In this document: positions 30,885 to 39,196 of the stretch, piece by piece | How the letters are laid out: every line of letters begins with the position of its first letter | How positions within the stretch are numbered: the first letter of the stretch is position 1 | From: Fibrobacter sp. | GTDB taxonomy: Bacteria > Fibrobacterota > Fibrobacteria > Fibrobacterales > Fibrobacteraceae | Assembly: GCA_045598645.1 (NCBI GenBank) | Contig: JAZLMK010000082.1 | Span: forward strand, 18,159 to 82,158 | Direction of reading: 5' to 3' | Length of the DNA stretch: 64,000 bases | Notes under the pieces: model-generated | What the model was told of the DNA's origin: nothing | What the model saw: the letters and a program-made list of their open reading frames with translations, nothing else | The model's database searches: none | Position numbers and translations under genes: made by a program

Positions 30885-32246
30885 ATGAGCTTCATTGTTC
30901 TTCTAATTTTCTTTGGGTTGCTCCTAGCAATAATCTACGGCAATGCCGAAAGAAGATTTCTTTCTCTTGTCATCGGAACAATACTATTTCCTAACGTAGC
31001 TCTATTTATTTCCAGCCCATCTGTATCGCCTCAGCACATCATTTTGTATGTGTTCTTTTTCGTTGAATTTTTTAAGGATCGGGAAAACCTTAGCCGAAGC
31101 ATTTTTTTCAGTCCACTAACCTTCCCCATCTTTCTAAACATTATCAGCTATTTCTTTACGGCAATTTACAATGGCGGCATAGCGTCGATGGACATGTACT
31201 ATGGCGTTCGCGATTCTATTGACTGCCTGGGCTACATTTATGCAGCATACCTATATGCGCGACAAAATGATATCAAACAATTCGCGAAAAGATTTATCCC
31301 GTTCATTTATGTCATCTGTTTCTGTGGCATCGTAGAAATCTTGCTCAACGACAACATTCCCTATAGATTGGTTTGTGCAGCATTTCCCCAGTACAACGGA
31401 TCCTTTGATTTAAATACCAGCGTCAGCCTCATAGAAAACTGGCGTCTAAGAACATTCTTTACAACAAAGCATCCCACTGCATTTGGGATGCTTCTAATGA
31501 CCCTTTTCCTTTTCTACCTGCCCCTTTTAAAAACAAACATTATTGAACGGAAAAAATTGCTACTTGTCCTCTCGCTTCTTTTTGTGAACATCTTACTTTG
31601 CGGTTCAAGAACAGCTCTCGTATGCGCATTCTTTGGCATTGGCCTTATGATTTTTGACAGAGTAGGACCATTCTTGAAGATTGTCACCATGGGGCTGATT
31701 ATCTTTGGCTTCTCGGCTCTGCTTACATTCATGTTGGACAGTTTCCAGAGCAGTCACGCAGGAAAAGGATCCTCTCTAGAATTCCGAGAAAGACAACTTC
31801 TATTCACTTTCGTTTCTATAAGCAACTCGCCTATTTTGGGCAACGGCAACAAATACACTTCCCATGTTGTATTTGCTGACGACACGCGAGCACAAGACAG
31901 CTATGGCGACGATCTAGGCGGCCTTGAATCCGTAGTGTTTTCCCTTCTTATAGACCGTGGATTTTTCGGACTGTCCACCTACTATCTGCTATTACTGTGG
32001 ATGTTCATCCTTCTGTTCAAGCACAGAAAGAATCCCGAAATATCCGGAGGCTTTGCGCTGGTAGCTGCAGGCACAGCCTTCGTCACATTATCAGGAACTA
32101 TCGGTAACTGTTCCCAATTCCTGTTTTTATTGGCAGGATGTCAATTGGGGGAAATACAACGACAAAAACTTCTTGAAGAAGAAAATGCCCCTCAATTACC
32201 AACAAGTCCACAGTCATCCGCGACGGATTTGCATCAAGAGGGATAG
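30885..32246 (+). CDS. O-antigen polymerase/ligase-like (Wzy/WaaL) membrane protein
   Basis: About 11 TM segments; R..FTTKHP, GSRTA and P.LG.G motifs; locus context. Confidence 0.7.
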   Translation: MSFIVLLIFFGLLLAIIYGNAERRFLSLVIGTILFPNVALFISSPSVSPQHIILYVFFFVEFFKDRENLSRSIFFSPLTFPIFLNIISYFFTAIYNGGIASMDMYYGVRDSIDCLGYIYAAYLYARQNDIKQFAKRFIPFIYVICFCGIVEILLNDNIPYRLVCAAFPQYNGSFDLNTSVSLIENWRLRTFFTTKHPTAFGMLLMTLFLFYLPLLKTNIIERKKLLLVLSLLFVNILLCGSRTALVCAFFGIGLMIFDRVGPFLKIVTMGLIIFGFSALLTFMLDSFQSSHAGKGSSLEFRERQLLFTFVSISNSPILGNGNKYTSHVVFADDTRAQDSYGDDLGGLESVVFSLLIDRGFFGLSTYYLLLLWMFILLFKHRKNPEISGGFALVAAGTAFVTLSGTIGNCSQFLFLLAGCQLGEIQRQKLLEEENAPQLPTSPQSSATDLHQEG

Positions 32247-33248
32247 CAAGAAGAACATCTTGCAAGAGACCAACCGACCGAAGGTCTTTTCGTTCTTAAC
32301 AAGATTCATGGTCGGAATTTTCCTTAGGAAACCATCATAAAAATCGCAAGTCAGCAAACGGCGACATTCCCTGTATTTTGCAAAGAAACTGAGATTGCTT
32401 GAAAACAGTTGACCAATCTGTTTTTTTGCGTAATAAACAAAGCGGGTCTCGTAAGCGTTCTCAAAGGCCGTCGTTTTTTTTCTGCTTTTTAGGAAACGCA
32501 AAATCTCTTCAGAAATTCTTTTGTATAAATCAAGGCTATTGTATTTATAAGAGTGACAAAGGGAGCTGTTTAAAATTCGATAGTTATACAATGGTTTCTG
32601 GACGTAGGCAACCGTTTTTACGAATTCAAAAGCATACAAATCAAACATGCCATCTTCGTACAAGCTTATGTTCGTCGAAAATTCAACATGGTTTTCTATA
32701 AGGATCTCCCTACGAAACAGCTTTGTCCATAAAGCGGCAAACAGATAGCCACAATTTTCCGAATAGTAGGGGGAAAAACTTCCGTAGAGCATGGTCTGCT
32801 GAAGCTTATCAATCATATCCCTATCACTGGTCACAAAATTTTGAGAAAAGAACTTGTATCGTTTAACCAAACCACTTTCATATATGGAGTTGTGGTCTGC
32901 GATAACGACATCCGCATTGACTCGGCAGGCCTCATCCCAGTATATCAGTAAGGCCTCTGCTTCAAGCCAGTCATCGGAATCCACAAACAGAACATACTCA
33001 CCGATCGCTGCAGACAAGCCATCATTGCGGGCTGCAGAAACACCGCCATTTGCTTTATGAATCACGCGAATACGTTTATCGTGGTCAGCGTACTCATCCA
33101 AAATCGCAGCGGATTCATCACGGCAACCATCATCAATGGCAATAATCTCCCAATCTTCAAAAGACTGGTTACAAATGCTATCCAAGCACTCCCGCAAGTA
33201 TTTTGCAGAATTATAAACAGGTATGACAATGCTGATTTTGGGAGCCAT
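32214..33248 (-). CDS. Glycosyltransferase family 2
   Basis: ISIVIPVYN, IDDG, NGGVSAARN and FVDSDD motifs. Confidence 0.92.
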   Translation of the reverse strand: MAPKISIVIPVYNSAKYLRECLDSICNQSFEDWEIIAIDDGCRDESAAILDEYADHDKRIRVIHKANGGVSAARNDGLSAAIGEYVLFVDSDDWLEAEALLIYWDEACRVNADVVIADHNSIYESGLVKRYKFFSQNFVTSDRDMIDKLQQTMLYGSFSPYYSENCGYLFAALWTKLFRREILIENHVEFSTNISLYEDGMFDLYAFEFVKTVAYVQKPLYNYRILNSSLCHSYKYNSLDLYKRISEEILRFLKSRKKTTAFENAYETRFVYYAKKQIGQLFSSNLSFFAKYRECRRLLTCDFYDGFLRKIPTMNLVKNEKTFGRLVSCKMFFLLSLLMQIRRG

Positions 33249-33259
33249 AAAATAGACTC

Positions 33260-34093
33260 CTACTTTCCTGATTCGCCCACGGTCTGCAAGTTATGATGAT
33301 TACGTTCATCCGTTTTCGGCGGAGTCATGTAATCGCCATAGAGTTGAGTGCAGACAAAGTCATAATCGACGGGACCGCGAATTTCCGTATTCTCAAAAGG
33401 ATACATCCGGCCTTCGCCATAATGCTTCTTATGGAACATTTCCCTAAACTTGTAGGCACCCATGGCATTGACCAAGTAATCCGACCGTTCATAGGAAATA
33501 CCCGTAAGAGCCTTTTCAAGGCGACGCAAGCATTTTTTCGTATCAAAAACTTTCTGTATCGGAGTATGAAGACCAACCCACACAAGAATCCGTTCATGTA
33601 ATGGGCGACCCTTCTTGTTGACGTCAACCAGTTGGTCGAAACAGGAGAACCTGTATATCGCACGCAGAGCAAGAACCTGGAAGACTTTCAACTTACGGAA
33701 AATGAAATTGTTCGGCATGGGATCCAACGGGAAGATGTCAATCCACGCAAAAGCCTGTTCTTCCTGGATTTTGTCCCTACGAACCACCTTGAAGCTTGTA
33801 TCTTCGATATGGCTAAAGTATCGAATGCAATTTTCCGTATTCTTGTACGAATGAAAACGTATATTCTCGCCAAGATTTTCTTTTTCAAGAATTTCGCACA
33901 AGCGATCGTAATCCGGACGTGGAACACCAACATCAATGTCGTCATCCCAAGGGATAAAGCCCTTGTGGCGGACGGCACCTAGCAGAGTTCCACCCAGCGC
34001 AAAATAAGAAATGTCATTTTCTTTGCAGACCTTTTGAAACAGCTTGAGCAGTTCAAGTTCTTTCAATTGCAATTGGCGCAAAGAATCCGCCAT
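33260..34093 (-). CDS. licD: LicD-family phosphotransferase
   Basis: GGTLLGAVRHKGFIPWDDDID, IDIFPLD and LYGDYM.PP motifs. Confidence 0.9.
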   Translation of the reverse strand: MADSLRQLQLKELELLKLFQKVCKENDISYFALGGTLLGAVRHKGFIPWDDDIDVGVPRPDYDRLCEILEKENLGENIRFHSYKNTENCIRYFSHIEDTSFKVVRRDKIQEEQAFAWIDIFPLDPMPNNFIFRKLKVFQVLALRAIYRFSCFDQLVDVNKKGRPLHERILVWVGLHTPIQKVFDTKKCLRRLEKALTGISYERSDYLVNAMGAYKFREMFHKKHYGEGRMYPFENTEIRGPVDYDFVCTQLYGDYMTPPKTDERNHHNLQTVGESGK

Positions 34094-34941
34094 TACTTTT
34101 CGTCCTTAATTAAATGAGCATCGTGGACGTTCTTGTCGGCATCGGCAGGTTCCTTCATGTAGTCACCATACATCTGTGTCAGAACCTTGTCAGCATGTTC
34201 AGGTCCTGGCAGCTGTTCGCCTTCGAATTCATACATTTTTCCGTTGCCATAGTATGCCTTCGGGAACATTTCCTTGAACTTGTATTGGCCCATAAAGTTC
34301 ACGACCCAATTGCTCTGTTCAATAGGATACTTCTTCAGCAACATGTCCAACTTTTCTAACCAGAACTTAAAAGGCTTGCTACCCTTGAAGCCCGTAAGCT
34401 GAATAAACTTTATCACGATGCGTTCAGAAAGGGGTCGATGAGGACGCTTCAGATTCACCTTTTCAAAGCACGCGATATGATAGCGAGCGCGAACTAAAAG
34501 CAAGCGCATCATGTGAATTTTACGCGCAAAAAAGTTGTTCGGCATACCGTCTAACGGGAAAATATCGACCCAAACGTTTTCCTTGCGGGTAACCAAACTA
34601 CCGCTACGTTCCATAAAGAAACGCGTATCAACGATGCGTGAGAAATAATAGTGGTGGTCAGTGTTATCCCCATAGTGGCGAAGTTGCAAATGCTTTGGCA
34701 AGTTGTCCACAATGTCTTTAACAACCTTTTCGTACTCACTACGTTCAATGCCAATATCAATGTCATCGTCCCACGGAATAAATCCGCGATGACGAACAGC
34801 TCCCAATAGAGAGCCGCCCAACAAATAGAACTTTACAGAGCGTTCGTCCAAATAGTCCTTAAGCACCTTGAAGACATTCCAAATTTGGACCTGCGCTTCG
34901 GACAAGGGAACCGGAATTCCCGTTTTAGTCGCAAAACCCAT
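34093..34941 (-). CDS. licD: LicD-family phosphotransferase (second)
   Basis: GGSLLGAVRHRGFIPWDDDID, VDIFPLD and YGDYM motifs. Confidence 0.9.
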   Translation of the reverse strand: MGFATKTGIPVPLSEAQVQIWNVFKVLKDYLDERSVKFYLLGGSLLGAVRHRGFIPWDDDIDIGIERSEYEKVVKDIVDNLPKHLQLRHYGDNTDHHYYFSRIVDTRFFMERSGSLVTRKENVWVDIFPLDGMPNNFFARKIHMMRLLLVRARYHIACFEKVNLKRPHRPLSERIVIKFIQLTGFKGSKPFKFWLEKLDMLLKKYPIEQSNWVVNFMGQYKFKEMFPKAYYGNGKMYEFEGEQLPGPEHADKVLTQMYGDYMKEPADADKNVHDAHLIKDEK

Positions 34942-34944
34942 TTT

Positions 34945-36315
34945 TTACTCTGCCTTTCCCTTGCCGATGCTCGTCACTTCGAAGCCAATCTTTCTCAAAG
35001 CGTCGGCGTCGAGGATGTTGCGACCGTCAAACACAAACGCAGGTTTCGCCATACCCTTGTAAATGCGATTCCAGTCCAGTTCGGCGAAGCACTTCCATTC
35101 GGTGCAGACGACCACGGCGTGAGCGCCTTCGGCTGCCTTGTAAGGGTCTTCCTCGAACACCACCTGATCCAGCACGTCCTTCAGGTCGCGCTTAGCATCG
35201 GGGATGGCCTTCGGGTCGGTGACGACCGGCAGTGCATGTTCGGCGAGCAAATCGCGCACGACGAGGTTCGCGGGGCTTTCGCGGGTGTCGCCGGTATTCG
35301 CCTTGAACGCAAAACCGAACACGGCTATCTTCTTACTTGCGATGGTGTTGAACATCGTCTCGAGCATGCGGTCCACCACGCGGTGGGTCTGCCACTCGTT
35401 GATCTTCACGACGCTTTCCCAGTAGGCGGCGACTTCGGGCAATCCATAGTAACCGCACAGGTAAGCGAGGTTCAGAATATCCTTCTTGAAGCAGGAGCCG
35501 CCAAAGCCGATGGAAGCCTTGAGGAACTTAGGGCCAATGCGCTTGTCCTTGCCCATCACAAAGGCGACTTCGTCCACGTCGGCGCCGGTGCGTTCGCAGA
35601 GGGCGCTGATGGAGTTGATGGAACTGATGCGCTGCGCGAGGAAGGCGTTAGCGGTAAGTTTCGTAAGTTCGGAACTCCAGAGGTTCGTCGTCAAGATGCG
35701 ATCGCGCGGAACCCAGTGGGCATAGACGTCCACGAGTTTCTGGCAAGCGGCGAGGCCAGATTCAGTCTGGTGGCTTCCAATGAGCACGCGGTCCGGTTCG
35801 AACAGATCGTTGATGGCGGTTCCTTCGGCGAGGAATTCCGGGTTCGAAAGCACTTCGAAATGGATGCCCTTGTCGTTGCTGTTCAAGATGCGTTCCATGG
35901 CGGCAGCCGTACGCACCGGAAGCGTAGACTTTTCGACGATAATCTTGCCTTCGTCGGCGATTTCCAGAATGTTGCGGGCGGTCTTTTCCCAGTACTGGAG
36001 GTCACTTGCCTTGCCGGCACCGTGGCCGAAAGTCTTGGTCGGCGTATTCACCGAAACGAAGATGATGTCCGCTTCCTTGATGGCTGCCGGGATATCGGTG
36101 CTGAAGAACAAGTTGCGACCGCGAGCGCGGTTCACCACATCGTCGAGCCCCGGTTCAAAAATCGGAAGGTTCGGGCTATTCCAGGCATCAATACGGGACT
36201 GGTTGATATCAACAACGGTCACTTTAACATCGGGGCACTTGTCGGCAATAACAGTCATAGTGGGGCCACCGACGTAGCCCGCACCGATACAGACGATATT
36301 TGTTTTGAAACTCAT
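34945..36315 (-). CDS. ugd: UDP-glucose 6-dehydrogenase
   Basis: [38 protein letters not shown] and [11 protein letters not shown] motifs. Confidence 0.95.
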   Translation of the reverse strand: MSFKTNIVCIGAGYVGGPTMTVIADKCPDVKVTVVDINQSRIDAWNSPNLPIFEPGLDDVVNRARGRNLFFSTDIPAAIKEADIIFVSVNTPTKTFGHGAGKASDLQYWEKTARNILEIADEGKIIVEKSTLPVRTAAAMERILNSNDKGIHFEVLSNPEFLAEGTAINDLFEPDRVLIGSHQTESGLAACQKLVDVYAHWVPRDRILTTNLWSSELTKLTANAFLAQRISSINSISALCERTGADVDEVAFVMGKDKRIGPKFLKASIGFGGSCFKKDILNLAYLCGYYGLPEVAAYWESVVKINEWQTHRVVDRMLETMFNTIASKKIAVFGFAFKANTGDTRESPANLVVRDLLAEHALPVVTDPKAIPDAKRDLKDVLDQVVFEEDPYKAAEGAHAVVVCTEWKCFAELDWNRIYKGMAKPAFVFDGRNILDADALRKIGFEVTSIGKGKAE

Positions 36316-36355
36316 AATATCGTAAATTTAGCAATTACAATTCCAATCAAAAAAT

Positions 36356-39115
36356 CTACTTGAATACAGCCTTCAAAATAAGGGCTTTTTCAGGGAGAAC
36401 AACACGCGTAGTTGCGGTTTCCCCGTCACTCCATCCTACAAAGGAACTGCCTGCGATAGGAACTGCCGTCAACGTCACTCCAAAACCTTTAAAAAAGTTT
36501 ACCGTCATCGAATTGCGATCCAGCGGCAATCCATGAACGTTAATTTGCCCGTAGCCCTCCGTAGCAAGAGTCACTTCGACAGTCTCGTCCAAGGCAAAAA
36601 ATTCCCTCATTTCCTGTACGATGATTCCTTGACGGTTCCTGGCGAAATTCCTTATGGTGTTCAATGTGTTATTCATTCGTGTCGCATTTAAATTCCATCG
36701 TTTCTGGTCTCGCGCAATTTCACTGTTTATGGCATACATCAAAACGTCTATTCGCGAAAGAATTCTGCCGGCTTCAAAGTTCATCGACAAAAGGGTCGCC
36801 ATGCGATTCACGAACGCCGTGCGGAAGCCTTCATTCCCAAGCAGTCTACGCAACAGCAGGGTGTGTTCCGGTCCGCTAGGCCATCCGGTTCCCGTAGAAT
36901 CCGTAGCAAATTCGAATATGTTGTTTGTAAAGGAGCTATAGCCGTTATCCAAGCCAAAATCCATATCGTATATAAACCATTTCCACAAAGTCCTGGGGTT
37001 GTCGCAACGCCACTTTTTAAGGTTATTCCCGGGCCAGTCCCTGTTATCGATGAATATCTCCGAAAGCACGTAGTTCATAAAGTTGCCCACGTCTATTTGC
37101 GATTCCAGGTACGAGTAATTTTCCGGTGTTTCCAACGTATGGGATTCAAGCCAGTCCATAAGCGCAACGTAATCTATCGACGAGCCGTTTGTCGCAGAAT
37201 TGTCAGCCTTGAGCAGGTCAATAGCCTCGGGGTCATATCCGTAATGCGTCTCAAAGTAGTACTCCGTCGACCTTTCGCGAATGTTATGTATGCCATAGTA
37301 CTCGCCATTGTAGAACACCACGGACGCACGCCCTCGTTGGTAATCTACGTCGAGTCCCTCCGTAATGGAACTCGCGAGCATATCGTGGATATAATCGTTA
37401 CCGAAATTCCCGCCATTGTTCCGCAGCAAGAACACCTTGAATTTCTTGAGTTCCGGGAACTCAGGGAAAAGCGGATAATCCAGGCGGTTCTTTCCGTACT
37501 TCTCGCGAAACACGATAGCCGCAGACTTTTTAGGCTGCATGCGGCTGTAATTGCCAAATATCTGGTAGCCCACATTTTCCGAGAAGGCGGGGCTGTTCAC
37601 GCCAGGTTCAAAGAGTTCCACAAAAACAGGAAGTTCTTTATCGAGCCAATAATTGGCGCCATAATGAGGATCCTTGGCCTGCGCATTCGGACCTTCCATA
37701 TAAATTCCTGTATCGGGGTCAAAGAACGAATTCGGGTCGCCCACAATAAAAACAGAGGCGACCGTTGGTTGATTTTCAAACACATACGTTCTGGTTTCTA
37801 CCTTACCGGGATTCGCATTTGGCATAAACGAAGCACAGCGCACCACCGTCGTTGCACTCACCGACATGGAAACCGTAAGGGGGCTCGTGATTGTCGGGAG
37901 TTTTCCGCCCAGTTCACACCGCACCTGCTTCGTCGAGTCAAAAGTAACCTGAAACGCATTCTTGTAAAAACCGGAAGGAGGCAATTCCCCGGCAACATCC
38001 GGAGAAGCCTCGCTGTAAAATTCGCCCGAAGTAAAACCATAGGGTGTAGGAATTCCGTACCCCCAATAGCGTTTTCCCTCAGCAGACACCCCAACAGACC
38101 AGGATTTTCCTCGCGGAAGTTCCGGATACGCCACAGAATCCAAAATCTGATTTTGAGCATCGGTCAAGTAAAGCGAGCCAGACTTTCGACCAATCTTGAA
38201 ATTCGTATGCGGCTCGTGGCCTCGATTGCGCACGATGTACGAAGAAATATCAATCGTCATCTCTTGTATCTCATTCGCTTCGGGACTCAACCGCGTTCCA
38301 TAAATATTCTTGAGATCAGGAAAGTTCTTCCCCGTGGGAAGCGTCACTCGATAAGTCGTCGAGGAATCCCCTGTACCCGTAAGCGTGATTTCGTAGCCTT
38401 TCCAGTCGTCAAGATCCGGTTGCGTCAAACGCAAAGAGAGAACTCGGTCCTTGGAAATGAATCCCGTAAGAAGCATTTCATTTGCGCTCCCCAAATCAAC
38501 AACATCCATTTTACCGCCGCCATTGGTCCCCACAAAAACAGAAATCGACGACCAGCCAAGTTCTTCATTTTCTCCGAACTTCATCACGGCGCCAATATGC
38601 CTTGTACCATCGACATCGAAACAATTGCGAGTATTTCCATACAATGGATTCGCGTAACTATAGCCAGCCACAGGATCATTCTGTGCATCTGTCCATGTCC
38701 AGCACCCAGACCCAATCATATCGATTGAATCATGCGGTGCTTCAAAACTCGGCAAATTCTTCCCCGACAAGAAAACCAGTACAAAGGATTGAGGAAGTAC
38801 GGTCACATCGCCAAATACCCACTTGCGAGGCTCTCCACGCGAATCGCTCAAGGCGAGTCCCTGCAAATTAACCGCCGTATCGGCCGGATTGTAAAGTTCC
38901 ACCCATCCGGCATCGCCACCTTCGTGATCCGGGTAAACCAAATTGACGGGGTCGACTTCACTAAAAAAGACCGGCGAATTCCAGCCAAATTCAACAGCAT
39001 CGGAAGAAGGCTCTAAAAGAGTCTCCGATTGTTCGTAAGTATACTCCCCAGAGCAGGCTAGCAAAAAAAAAGTGCAAAAAACAAGCGCGCACAAGTATAT
39101 ATTCCGACACACCAT
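36356..39115 (-). CDS. CotH-family kinase lipoprotein with lamin-tail-like and accessory domains
   Basis: Lipobox LLAC; WVELYNP; IFGNYSR, NRDWPGNN and YDMDFG motifs. Confidence 0.85.
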   Translation of the reverse strand: MVCRNIYLCALVFCTFFLLACSGEYTYEQSETLLEPSSDAVEFGWNSPVFFSEVDPVNLVYPDHEGGDAGWVELYNPADTAVNLQGLALSDSRGEPRKWVFGDVTVLPQSFVLVFLSGKNLPSFEAPHDSIDMIGSGCWTWTDAQNDPVAGYSYANPLYGNTRNCFDVDGTRHIGAVMKFGENEELGWSSISVFVGTNGGGKMDVVDLGSANEMLLTGFISKDRVLSLRLTQPDLDDWKGYEITLTGTGDSSTTYRVTLPTGKNFPDLKNIYGTRLSPEANEIQEMTIDISSYIVRNRGHEPHTNFKIGRKSGSLYLTDAQNQILDSVAYPELPRGKSWSVGVSAEGKRYWGYGIPTPYGFTSGEFYSEASPDVAGELPPSGFYKNAFQVTFDSTKQVRCELGGKLPTITSPLTVSMSVSATTVVRCASFMPNANPGKVETRTYVFENQPTVASVFIVGDPNSFFDPDTGIYMEGPNAQAKDPHYGANYWLDKELPVFVELFEPGVNSPAFSENVGYQIFGNYSRMQPKKSAAIVFREKYGKNRLDYPLFPEFPELKKFKVFLLRNNGGNFGNDYIHDMLASSITEGLDVDYQRGRASVVFYNGEYYGIHNIRERSTEYYFETHYGYDPEAIDLLKADNSATNGSSIDYVALMDWLESHTLETPENYSYLESQIDVGNFMNYVLSEIFIDNRDWPGNNLKKWRCDNPRTLWKWFIYDMDFGLDNGYSSFTNNIFEFATDSTGTGWPSGPEHTLLLRRLLGNEGFRTAFVNRMATLLSMNFEAGRILSRIDVLMYAINSEIARDQKRWNLNATRMNNTLNTIRNFARNRQGIIVQEMREFFALDETVEVTLATEGYGQINVHGLPLDRNSMTVNFFKGFGVTLTAVPIAGSSFVGWSDGETATTRVVLPEKALILKAVFK

Positions 39116-39196
39116 ATCTAAAATATATACTCAAAAACAAAAAAAATCGCATAGATAAGGGCTTCACACATTATGCAGAGCCCTAAAAGCATTCCA

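Noticed and set aside
17475-36315. Phosphonate biosynthesis locus
   Set aside because: No PEP mutase or phosphonopyruvate decarboxylase is recognisable in the window.
36863-38728. Long plus-strand ORFs opposite real genes (also 2376-3446, 34885-36363, 45365-46705, 59647-61614, 61975-63714)
   Set aside because: They are antisense shadows caused by codon bias of the minus-strand genes and carry no recognisable motifs.
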